Shown here piece after piece: positions 8,911-16,903 of a stretch of 32,000 bases of DNA. The number at the start of each line of letters is the position of its first letter. The stretch's first letter is position 1. Source of the stretch: Bifidobacterium longum subsp. longum JCM 1217 (lineage in GTDB: Bacteria > Actinomycetota > Actinomycetes > Actinomycetales > Bifidobacteriaceae); assembly GCF_000196555.1 (NCBI RefSeq), contig NC_015067.1, positions 1,170,001 through 1,202,000 on the forward strand. The letters are read 5' to 3'. The notes below the pieces were generated by a model, which did not search any database, was not told where the DNA came from, and saw only the letters and a list, made by a program, of their open reading frames with translations. Both the position numbers and the translations under genes were made by a program.

Positions 8911-8926
8911 TTGCACAATTGCACAA
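8911..8926. promoter_or_regulatory. tandem 8-mer TTGCACAA TTGCACAA, candidate operator of the RHH/methyltransferase operon
   Basis: This direct repeat lies about 20 bp upstream of the RHH start, in the AT-rich divergent region between the RHH gene (-) and the exonuclease gene (+). RHH proteins typically bind tandem or inverted short repeats. Confidence 0.4.
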
Positions 8927-9066
8927 TCATACATCTTGCTTTATGGGATGCGCAGACGGAACATCGCCCTGACCTCCCAGAAGTGCCGGGACCGCACCCC
9001 GCGGAACCTTCCCAAGCATCCCCGTGGGATCCGCCCCCGTGGAATGCGTGACGCATACCCGGGGGC

Positions 9067-9624
9067 ATGAGCACACACGACAATGATGACAAGCCGGTCC
9101 GCCTCCTGTGGGTGGACACGGAGACCACGGGCCTCGACCCACGCAAGGATCCCATCCTCGAGATCGGCATGATCGCCACCGGCCCCGACCTGAAGCCGGT
9201 GGACGACGGGTTCCACACGACCGTCCACTGGGAAGGCAAACCATCCGAATTCATCCAGGGCATGCACGGGCCCAACGGACTGCTCGCCGAATGCGCGCAC
9301 CCGAGCGCCCCCCACATGTTCGCCGCCGCCCTGTCCGCACGCGACTACGTGGCCCGACACCTCGGCCAGGGGGTCCGCCTCCTGCCCGCCGGCAGCACCG
9401 TCCGCTTCGACCGGGACATGATCGACAGCTGGATGCCCGGCGTGCTCGACGGCTGCTCCCACCGGTCCCTGGACATCAGCGCCGTCTGCGAGGCCGTCCG
9501 CATGTGGAACCCCGCGATCCTGCCCGACATGGAACCGTCCACCGACCACCGGGTCATGCACTGCCTGGCCGACACGCTCCGCTACGCGCGCGCATACCGG
9601 GGGCTCATATGCTCGATCGGCTGA
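9067..9624 (+). CDS. oligoribonuclease (Orn)-like DEDDh 3'-5' exonuclease
   Basis: LLWVDTETTGLDPRKDPILEIGMIATGPDL..., GSTVRFDRDMI...HRSLDISAV...WNP and DHRVMHCLADTLRYARAYR are collinear with Orn ([52 protein letters not shown]..YYR). Confidence 0.75.
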   Translation: MSTHDNDDKPVRLLWVDTETTGLDPRKDPILEIGMIATGPDLKPVDDGFHTTVHWEGKPSEFIQGMHGPNGLLAECAHPSAPHMFAAALSARDYVARHLGQGVRLLPAGSTVRFDRDMIDSWMPGVLDGCSHRSLDISAVCEAVRMWNPAILPDMEPSTDHRVMHCLADTLRYARAYRGLICSIG

Positions 9625-9908
9625 AACACGCGCCCGCCCGCCTGTGGGCGTGGCTGAAACGCCTCCCCCGCCGGATCGGCGCATGGACCATGTCCGAGCG
9701 CGGCCGCATCGTATGGACGCGCCTGCTCGCCGCCCTCCTCCTGCTCCCCCTCACCCCGTCCCTGACCGTCGTATGGAAGATCATGTTCGAGGGCGGCACC
9801 ATCGCCGACCAGACCGTCGTCATCTACATCACGATCCTCATCCTCCTGATCCGGGGCATGCGACGCGGCCTGAAACGCCATCCCCGCGACAAGGAGGACG
9901 AGCGGTGA
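9609..9908 (+). CDS. small membrane protein (start uncertain)
   Basis: In the frame of ORF 9108..9908 it reads MLDRLKHAPARLWAWLKRL...LLAALLLLPLTPSLTVVW...VVIYITILILLIRGM, which gives two hydrophobic helices. GCGCATAC lies 11 nt upstream of the ATG. An alternative start is MSERGR near 9690. Confidence 0.45.
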   Translation: MLDRLKHAPARLWAWLKRLPRRIGAWTMSERGRIVWTRLLAALLLLPLTPSLTVVWKIMFEGGTIADQTVVIYITILILLIRGMRRGLKRHPRDKEDER

Positions 9909-10294
9909 GACGCCCGCCGCGCGGGTTCACCTCCTACGCCGCCTACGCCCTCTGGCATGCGGCCGTGTTCGCGTCCATGAACCTCCTGTACTGGCCGGCG
10001 GTCATCCCCGGACTCGCCGGAACGGTCCCGCCCGCGGCGGGCGTCCTGGTCGCGGGCATCGGGATCACGCTCGCCGCAGGCGTCGAATGCACGCAGGGAT
10101 ACGGTTTCGAGGAGGCACGCGAAGGCGGCTTCCATACCGGCCTCGCGGTCGCATGCCAGATGCCCGCCGTCTGCTTCCGCCTCATCCTCCTGACCATGGG
10201 AACGCCGGACGGAACCCTGTTCTGGACGCGCACGCTCGCCGTCCTGGGCGTGCTCGCATGGCAGACATGCTGCATCGTCATGGACCGGCTGTGA
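9905..10294 (+). CDS. multi-pass membrane protein
   Basis: The GTG start overlaps the preceding stop as GTGA. The sequence VRRPPRGFTSYAAYALWHAAVFASMNLLYWPAVIPGLAG...LVAGIGITLAAG...AVLGVLAWQTCCIVMDRL is hydrophobic throughout. Confidence 0.5.
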   Translation: MRRPPRGFTSYAAYALWHAAVFASMNLLYWPAVIPGLAGTVPPAAGVLVAGIGITLAAGVECTQGYGFEEAREGGFHTGLAVACQMPAVCFRLILLTMGTPDGTLFWTRTLAVLGVLAWQTCCIVMDRL

Positions 10295-10299
10295 CCACA

Positions 10300-10992
10300 A
10301 TGGGACGCATGACCAGACTCATCGACTACGGGGCGTGGGCGTCGTCCCGCTCCGACCCGTCGAAACGCCGCACATGGCCGTTGCGCCGCGCCGGATGGCG
10401 TTTCGACCGCGCGTCCGGCGCATGGGACGGGCCGGACGGCGAACGGCTGACCGTATCCTTCCTCGGGTTCGCCATCCTCGAACGGGAGGACGCGGACTGG
10501 GAGCATCCCGGCACGGGCTACGGGACGCAATGGCATGGCGGCAGGTACGGCATGCCATATGCCCGACGCGTCGACGGCGACTGGAGGCCCCGCGTGGCCG
10601 TCATGCTCGCCCGGAACGCCGTCAAGGTCCAGGATCTGATGCTCTCCCGTCCCCTGACCGCCGTGTCCGCGGCGGACGCGCGCCGGCTCCTCGTCCGGTG
10701 CCGGCGCGCCGCCGACCTGTATCCGCCCGACGATCCGGACCTGTTCCGGCGTCTCATGGACGGATTGGAGGAGAGGACGACGCGTATCGGATCGTACGCC
10801 ATGGTGGAATACCGGCGGGGGTTCGCCGGCCCGGTCCTCGCCCTGGCGGGCGGCCTGCTCACCCCGGTCGGCTCGTTCCTCCTCGGATCCGATCCGGCGG
10901 GGTTGGCGGGCATCGCCGCGCTCGCCGCCGGACTCGCCTGCTCCGGACTGTCCTCGCTGATCGACGGGACGGAACGCGCGGGCGGCGCATAG
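10300..10992 (+). CDS. hypothetical protein with a C-terminal hydrophobic anchor
   Basis: In the frame of ORF 10087..10992 it reads MGRMTRLIDYGAWASS...GTQWHGGRYGMPYARRVDGDW...FAGPVLALAGGLLTPVGSFLLG...AALAAGLACSGL. I recognise no family. Confidence 0.5.
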   Translation: MGRMTRLIDYGAWASSRSDPSKRRTWPLRRAGWRFDRASGAWDGPDGERLTVSFLGFAILEREDADWEHPGTGYGTQWHGGRYGMPYARRVDGDWRPRVAVMLARNAVKVQDLMLSRPLTAVSAADARRLLVRCRRAADLYPPDDPDLFRRLMDGLEERTTRIGSYAMVEYRRGFAGPVLALAGGLLTPVGSFLLGSDPAGLAGIAALAAGLACSGLSSLIDGTERAGGA

Positions 10993-11036
10993 GCGTCGCG
11001 CCGACGGCATGATCCGTTCATGAAAAGCGATATGCC

Positions 11037-11369
11037 ATGACCAATCCGAACCCAACCAATCTCAATACGCGCAACCAGCCTACGGGCAGCCGAACTATGC
11101 GCCGCCAGTTCAACCCCGTATACCCGCAGCCCACGGCATCCTATGGGAGAACCCCCTCCGACACAGGCTCCTTCGGTTTGGGCTGTTCTCGGCTTCTTCA
11201 TTCCTCTGGTCGGGCTTGTTTTCTGTGGATGATCTGGAAGAACGATCGTCCTGGTGATGCGGGCATGGCAGGCAAAGGCGCACTGGTTTCAGCGATCATC
11301 AACGTCGTGCTCTTCATCCTATGGATCGTGTTCGCAGGCATCCTATTCGCCGCATCCGGCTCCTACTAA
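11037..11369 (+). CDS. small Pro/Gln/Tyr-rich membrane protein, possibly frame-disrupted
   Basis: The ORF is intact and its C-terminus forms a clean TM helix (ALVSAIINVVLFILWIVFAGILF). The expected first TM helix (WAVLGFFIPLVGLVF) and a QYAQPAYGQPNYAPPVQP segment are encoded in the other two frames. See findings. Confidence 0.45.
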   Translation: MTNPNPTNLNTRNQPTGSRTMRRQFNPVYPQPTASYGRTPSDTGSFGLGCSRLLHSSGRACFLWMIWKNDRPGDAGMAGKGALVSAIINVVLFILWIVFAGILFAASGSY

Positions 11370-11403
11370 AGAGACAAACCGAAACGACAGTCCCATAAAA
11401 GAC

Positions 11404-11440
11404 GAGGGTGGCACATCCCATATCAGGATGCGTCACCCTC
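11404..11440 (-). terminator. rho-independent terminator downstream of paralogue 1
   Basis: On the minus strand GAGGGTGACGCATCC-loop-GGATGTGCCACCCTC (two mismatches) is followed by GTCTTTTAT. It lies between the convergent genes 11037..11369 and 11464..12456. Confidence 0.55.
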
Positions 11441-11463
11441 CTTCAAGCGGAAACTGAAAGCGA

Positions 11464-12456
11464 TTAGTTGCAGGGTACCTGGACGCCTGGTTTGCCACTG
11501 GTATCAACCGCCCAGCAAATATCCTCGTACCCGTCATCACCGCCGCCGCCCTGGGACGGCGGTGGCGCGGGCTGCGGCTGTGGCGTCGGCGTATAACCGC
11601 CTCCGGTCGAACCACCTGTGGACTGCTGTGGCATGTACGCGTACCCGCCCTGGGATTGCGTGTAGCCTCCGCCCGTGTATCCGGTGTAGCCTCCGGTTGT
11701 ATCGCCCGTGTAGGAGCCGCTGTTATCCGTCTGCGCCTGGGCGGCATTGTCGGCCGCCTGCTTCTCCTTTTCGGCCCTGGCATTCGCGTCCGCATCCGAC
11801 TTCGCCTTGATGGAGTCGTTGACCGCCTTCACCGCATCCGAGATCGCCTTCCCGTCCTTCGATTTGATGGCGTTCTCCAATGCGGCGCGAACCTTGTCGT
11901 CCTTCACCCTGCCCTTCGAATCATTCAGGATCCTGGTCGCGTCGGCAACAATCTTGTCGAGCTTCGAGGCGTTCACGGCCTCGGCCTCGGCCTTGACCTC
12001 GCCTACGGTCTTCGCGTACACGTCCGCGGTCTTGTCGAGCCACGCGGTCACGGCCTTGATGTCCTTCAACCCATCCGCCGGGCATCCGGGGATATCGGTT
12101 TTCGTCTTCGAGGCCGTCTTCACCGTCGAAGCCAACGTCCCGACCGTTTTCGCGTCCCTGACCTCCGAATCCTTGACCCTGATCGCGGTCTGCAGGGCGT
12201 CCGACTTCAGGTATTCCGTCAGCTTCTTCCGCGCCTTCACCGCCCTGTCGTATGAGGTGGCGCATTCCTCTGAAGCCGCCGTCAACCGATCATGGTTCCA
12301 ATACAGGCATCCGCCGATACCGCCCGCCGCGAGGACGACGGCGCATCCGCCCGCGATCACCGGCACCAGCCATTTCGGGCGCTTCGGTTTCGAGGCGGCG
12401 CGGGCGGCCCCCGACGGTTCCGTCGGGGGCTGGGGCACGGGATTCGATCCGCTCAT
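11464..12456 (-). CDS. membrane-anchored Ala/Lys/Asp-rich protein with a Gly/Tyr/Thr-rich tail and a C-terminal Cys loop (paralogue 1)
   Basis: I start it at MSGSNPVPQPP, preceded by AAGAGGA with 8-nt spacing. It has a TM segment WLVPVIAGGCAVVLAAGGIGGCLYW, a long helical A/K/D-rich region, then ...GGYTGYTGGGYTQSQGGYAY...CWAVDTSGKPGVQVPCN. Confidence 0.75.
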   Translation of the reverse strand: MSGSNPVPQPPTEPSGAARAASKPKRPKWLVPVIAGGCAVVLAAGGIGGCLYWNHDRLTAASEECATSYDRAVKARKKLTEYLKSDALQTAIRVKDSEVRDAKTVGTLASTVKTASKTKTDIPGCPADGLKDIKAVTAWLDKTADVYAKTVGEVKAEAEAVNASKLDKIVADATRILNDSKGRVKDDKVRAALENAIKSKDGKAISDAVKAVNDSIKAKSDADANARAEKEKQAADNAAQAQTDNSGSYTGDTTGGYTGYTGGGYTQSQGGYAYMPQQSTGGSTGGGYTPTPQPQPAPPPSQGGGGDDGYEDICWAVDTSGKPGVQVPCN

Positions 12457-12516
12457 GTTATGTTCCTCTTTCATGTTTCCGCTACGCGCACGATGATAAA
12501 TCATCAAAACAATAAA

Positions 12517-12555
12517 GAGGTGTGGCATATCCCATTATGGGATATACCACACCTC
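12517..12555 (-). terminator. rho-independent terminator between the two paralogues
   Basis: On the minus strand GAGGTGTGGTATATCCCAT/ATGGGATATGCCACACCTC forms a 19-bp stem with one mismatch, followed by TTTATTGTTTTGATG. Confidence 0.7.
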
Positions 12556-12575
12556 TCACGCGGAAAGAGGAAAGA

Positions 12576-13577
12576 TCAACTGCAGGGAACTTGGACGCCC
12601 GGCTTGCCACTGGTATCACCCACCCAGCAATCTTCATAATAACCGTCATCACCACCAGAGGAGCCTCCGTTGCCGCCGCCCTGGGAAGGCTGCTGTGGCT
12701 GCGGCTGTGGCGTCGGCGTATAGCCGTCTCCGTTACCGGTGGGCTGCTGTGGCATGTACGTGTAGCCGCCGCCCTGGGATTGCGTGTAGCCTCCGCCCGT
12801 GTATCCGGTGTAGCCATCGGTCGTATCGCCCGTGTAGGAGGAGCCGTTGTCCGGCGCCTGGGCGGCATTGTCGGCCGCCTGCTTCTCCTTTTCGGCCCTG
12901 GCATTCGCGTCCGCATCCGACTTCGCCTTGATGGAGTCGTTGACCGCCTTCACCGCATCCGAGATCGCCTTCCCGTCCTTCGATTTGATGGCGTTCTCCA
13001 ATGCGGCGCGAACCTTGTCGTCCTTCACCCTGCCCTTCGAATCATTCAGGATCCTGGTCGCGTCGGCGACGGTCTTGTCGAGCTTCGAGGCGTTCACGGC
13101 CTCGGCCTTGCCCTTGACCTCGCCTACGGTCTTCGCATACGCGGTCGCGGTCTTGTCGAGCCACGCGGTCACGGCCTTGATGTCCTTCAACCCATCCGCC
13201 GGGCATCCGGGGATATCGGTCTTCGTCTTCGAGGCCGTCTTCACGGTCGAAGCCAACGTCCCGACCGTTTTCGCGTCCCTGACCTCCGAATCCTTGACCC
13301 TGATCGCGGTCTGCAGGGCGTCCGACTTCAGGTATTCCGTCAGCTTCTTCCGCGCCTTCACCGCCCTGTCGTATGAGGTGGCGCATTCCTCCGAAGCCGC
13401 CGTCAACCGATCATGGTTCCAATACAGGCATCCGCCGATACCGCCCGCCGCGAGGACGACGGCGCATCCGCCCGCGATCACCGGCACCAGCCATTTCGGG
13501 CGCTTCGGTTTCGAGGCGGCGCGGGCGGCCCCCGACGGTTCCGTCGGGGGCTGGGGCACGGGATTCGATCCGCTCAT
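12576..13577 (-). CDS. membrane-anchored Ala/Lys/Asp-rich protein with a Gly/Tyr/Thr-rich tail and a C-terminal Cys loop (paralogue 2)
   Basis: It has the same N-terminal ~250 aa as paralogue 1, nearly base for base at an offset of 1121 bp. The tail diverges (…GGGYTYMPQQPTGNGDGYTP...DCWVGDTSGKPGVQVPCS). Confidence 0.75.
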   Translation of the reverse strand: MSGSNPVPQPPTEPSGAARAASKPKRPKWLVPVIAGGCAVVLAAGGIGGCLYWNHDRLTAASEECATSYDRAVKARKKLTEYLKSDALQTAIRVKDSEVRDAKTVGTLASTVKTASKTKTDIPGCPADGLKDIKAVTAWLDKTATAYAKTVGEVKGKAEAVNASKLDKTVADATRILNDSKGRVKDDKVRAALENAIKSKDGKAISDAVKAVNDSIKAKSDADANARAEKEKQAADNAAQAPDNGSSYTGDTTDGYTGYTGGGYTQSQGGGYTYMPQQPTGNGDGYTPTPQPQPQQPSQGGGNGGSSGGDDGYYEDCWVGDTSGKPGVQVPCS

Positions 13578-13823
13578 GTTATGTTCCTCTTTCATGTTTC
13601 CGCTACGCGCACGATGGTAGCATCATGCGTGGCTTGTTCCGGTCGGTTTCCTCACATCCCGGGGATTCATCCATTCCTGGCGCTTGCCTCGGCTTCAATC
13701 ATCCCACGGTATGCGTCCCTCGGGAAGCCAACGGATTTAAACCATGAAAGTGAACCGGGTGCCGCATCCCCTGCGGCCCGTCATGGGCCGGGGGGGATGC
13801 GGCACCCTTTGCCGTCCCGCGTG

Positions 13824-16775
13824 TCAGGCGCGCCTGCGGTTGCGCAGCGCGAACGCGGCGCCCAGGCCGGCGAGCAGCATGCCGGCCGCGACGGCGGGCA
13901 GGACGCCCGTGCCGGTGGAGGCGAGCTGCTTCTCCCTGACGGTCACGGTCTCGTTCGGCTTGCGCGCGTCGCCATAGGAGACGAGCCTGCCCGTCTGGTC
14001 GTACACCTTCTCACGCCAGTAGTAGGTGCCGGTCTCCTTGACGGTCACGGTCGGCGAGTGGACGCCGTCCTTCGCGCCGACCTTGCCGGTGACGGTGATG
14101 AGCACGTCTCCCGACTGGTCTCCGTTGGCCTGCTTCCACAGTTCGAATTCGGCCTTGGCTGCCTGCTCGCAGTTCTTGAGCAGGAGCTCGTCGTGCAGGT
14201 CGGCCCTGCCGTTCTCCAACGTGACCTCACCCTGGCTCCTGGTGGACACCTCGCACCTGGGCGTTTCGGGCTTCCTGCCTTGGACGCGCACGATTTCGGA
14301 TGCGAGGCCGAAAGCGTGCTGCACCCTGCCGTGGGTGAGCTGACGCCAGGCCAAGGCGGCGAGCGGATTATGGTTCTGGTCGCCGGTCAGGCTCGGTGTC
14401 ATGACCCAATGCCAAGCGTAGGTGCCCGATTCGGTCAGGGTGAACGAGTCGGTCGTGTAGGTGCCGAACCTGGTGACGTCCTTGATGTCGGCCTCGTGAA
14501 CCTTCACCGCGTTTTCGGGCACGGTGTCGGTCTGTTCGATCGCGGCGGACGGGTCGTCACTCACCTTGTAGAGGACGCCGTGGAAGTCGAGGCTCAACGG
14601 GGTGCTCTTCGCGGTCTCGCCTTCGGTGACGTTAGTCTCCGGGTAGGTGGGCCACACGTCCTTTTCGTTGGTCTTGGCGACGACGAGCTTGTCGATGGTG
14701 GTCTCCCCCGCCTTGACTTCCTTGCTGGACACCGTGGAGTCGAGCTTCGGGGTGAGGCGGAACATGACGGTCTCATCCGCGGTGAACGGAGCCTCATGAA
14801 CATCCTTGGCGAACGGATAGTCCCTGGACGGTTCGATGCCGGTCTGGTTTTCCGTGTCCTGATCCTTGTTCGCGATGTCGAACACGAACGTGGCGTATCC
14901 GGATGGCAGGTTCGTCAGATTCACACCATCCTCGGCCTTCCATTGGGCGACAGGCTTGTCCTCGTCACTGCTGGAAATCAGGTAGTCGCCGGCCTTGTTC
15001 GTGGTGAACGTGGCGGTGGCGAGCTTCACGGCCTGCTTGGGCAGTTCGACGGTCTTGCCTGCGGCGGTATCCTTCTGAGCCTGTTCGGCCTGTTCGCGGG
15101 TCATACCACCGTAGATGGTGCCATTCACGGTAAGCGTGATCTGGTTGTCTTCCGTTTCCTTGCCTTCGCCCTGACCGTCCTTGGTGTGCAGCCAGTCCTG
15201 GGTGTCGACCTTGCCGTCACCGTTCACGTCGGTCACGTTGAGTGTGACCTTATCGCGGATGACGCTGCCCTTTTCAAGGTAGACGACATCGGTCTTGTCG
15301 GATGCCTGAGCGGAACCGATTTGCACGCTCGGACGTTCGGTGCCGTCGGCGCCGGTCACCGTGCTCTGATCGGTCTTGTAGGCGTCGCTCACACTCGACT
15401 TGATGGTCGGCTGCATGTTGCGCACGTGCTGAGTGGATTCCGCTTCGAGCACGTTGTCGGACCAGTCGTAGTCCGTGGACAGGTACTGCTTCATGTTGGC
15501 GTCCTGCATGTCGGGCGTGATCTGCCACACCCACGTGTACCAGCCGGTGTCCGGCAGGCTCGACGGGGTGGCTCCCGGGTGCGTCTTCACGAAGTCGGGG
15601 TCCATGGTGATGGAGGCGGCGTCCACGTGATTGGTGGCGCCGTCCCTGTCGCCGGCGGCGGTCGCGGTCGCGGCCTTCACCCCATCCTTGACGGTCGTCC
15701 GGCCTTCGACCGGCTTGTTCGCGAAGTAGTAGAGGGTGCCGGTGCTCTTGATGGTCGCGCCTTCAATCCAGTCGCCGCCCGTCGGGTCCACATGCCAGGT
15801 CAGATCGTCTTCGGGCGCATGCCCGTATTCGATGCGATGATCCGACTGGTCGGACTGGATGGTCGGCTTGAAGTTGTTCAGCACCTCGAACTGGATGTTC
15901 TCCGACACGGTCTCGGGATCAGAGGGACCCATCAGGTTCTGGTTCGGGGAGCTCAGCTTGACGGCCTTCGGGATCTTTCTCCATACGCTCCACGTCACTT
16001 TGCCGTTGCCCGTTGCCGTCCACGGAAGGTGGATCGCCTGACCTGTGGTGGTGCCGCTGATCGTGTTCGTCTTGGTCTGGTCGAACACGGCCGGGCCGTT
16101 CAGGGTCGCCGTGTACTGGATGCCCGCGATTTCGACGCCGTTCTCGGTCGTGATGCTCGGGGTGACCGTTCCCTTGCGTTTGCCGATGGTGTACTGGTAT
16201 CTCATGTCGAGGTTCGAGGGCGTGTTGGCGACCGCCTCCGTCCACAGGCTGTTCATTTTGGCCGTGTACGTGTCCCAGCTGGTGCCGTCCTTCCAGCCGA
16301 GGCGTTCGATGCCCGACAGGTATTCGTTGCCCATCGGGTCGAGCTTCTGGTGGATGAGGCCTGCGATCGCGGCCTGCGTGAGGTCGTCCGTGTTCCCGTT
16401 GTACTTGTCGGTCAGCCATGCGAGCCGCTGCGCGTCCGGTTTCGTCTTCGCGTCGGTCCACTCGCCCCACGTGCCCGCCGTGCCCGTGTAGAGCGTGTCG
16501 GCCTGGATGCAGTACACGTTCTTCCCGTTGACCTTGTCGACCACGCCGAGCGACTGCTCCATGCCCTCGTACTTGTGTCCGTTGCTGAACGTGATCGTGC
16601 CCAGGTTCGCCCACAGGCCCGGGTTGCCGTTCTGGATGGAGCGCTCAAACGGATCACGCATGTCGGCCGCGTCCGCCGTGCCCGCGACGAGCATGCCCGC
16701 CGCCAGGGTGGCGGCTGCCGCGACGCCCGCGGCGAGCGTGCGCGCCCAGTGTCTGTCGTTATGAGTCGAACCCAT
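13824..16775 (-). CDS. LAxTG-anchored surface adhesin with an N-terminal thioester (TQxA) domain and Ig-like repeat domains
   Basis: I start it at MGSTHNDRHWARTLAAGVAAAATLAAGMLVAGTADA (signal peptide), preceded by GAAAGGAAAC. The segment GKNVYCIQAD...AQRLAWLTDKYNG..DDLTQAAIAGLIH matches the Cys...TQxA(I/V)W thioester-domain pattern. The C-terminus reads LASTG, then a hydrophobic stretch, then RNRRRA. Confidence 0.8.
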   Translation of the reverse strand: MGSTHNDRHWARTLAAGVAAAATLAAGMLVAGTADAADMRDPFERSIQNGNPGLWANLGTITFSNGHKYEGMEQSLGVVDKVNGKNVYCIQADTLYTGTAGTWGEWTDAKTKPDAQRLAWLTDKYNGNTDDLTQAAIAGLIHQKLDPMGNEYLSGIERLGWKDGTSWDTYTAKMNSLWTEAVANTPSNLDMRYQYTIGKRKGTVTPSITTENGVEIAGIQYTATLNGPAVFDQTKTNTISGTTTGQAIHLPWTATGNGKVTWSVWRKIPKAVKLSSPNQNLMGPSDPETVSENIQFEVLNNFKPTIQSDQSDHRIEYGHAPEDDLTWHVDPTGGDWIEGATIKSTGTLYYFANKPVEGRTTVKDGVKAATATAAGDRDGATNHVDAASITMDPDFVKTHPGATPSSLPDTGWYTWVWQITPDMQDANMKQYLSTDYDWSDNVLEAESTQHVRNMQPTIKSSVSDAYKTDQSTVTGADGTERPSVQIGSAQASDKTDVVYLEKGSVIRDKVTLNVTDVNGDGKVDTQDWLHTKDGQGEGKETEDNQITLTVNGTIYGGMTREQAEQAQKDTAAGKTVELPKQAVKLATATFTTNKAGDYLISSSDEDKPVAQWKAEDGVNLTNLPSGYATFVFDIANKDQDTENQTGIEPSRDYPFAKDVHEAPFTADETVMFRLTPKLDSTVSSKEVKAGETTIDKLVVAKTNEKDVWPTYPETNVTEGETAKSTPLSLDFHGVLYKVSDDPSAAIEQTDTVPENAVKVHEADIKDVTRFGTYTTDSFTLTESGTYAWHWVMTPSLTGDQNHNPLAALAWRQLTHGRVQHAFGLASEIVRVQGRKPETPRCEVSTRSQGEVTLENGRADLHDELLLKNCEQAAKAEFELWKQANGDQSGDVLITVTGKVGAKDGVHSPTVTVKETGTYYWREKVYDQTGRLVSYGDARKPNETVTVREKQLASTGTGVLPAVAAGMLLAGLGAAFALRNRRRA

Positions 16776-16903
16776 AAGGATGTTTCCTTTCTGTCGGATA
16801 GGGGACGGCGTACGTCCGCCCCCGCACGCGCGTCTATGCGGGCCGGAAAGGCATGATCGTCCCGGGACATGGAAGAACGGCATGGGATTGGATTTGACGG
16901 TTT

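Noticed and set aside
13413-16856. 1147-aa plus-strand ORF
   Set aside because: It is antisense to the thioester adhesin gene. Its composition is dominated by R/G/V/H/L/D, with no RBS and no recognisable motifs. The minus-strand product has a signal peptide, a TQxA domain and a sorting signal.
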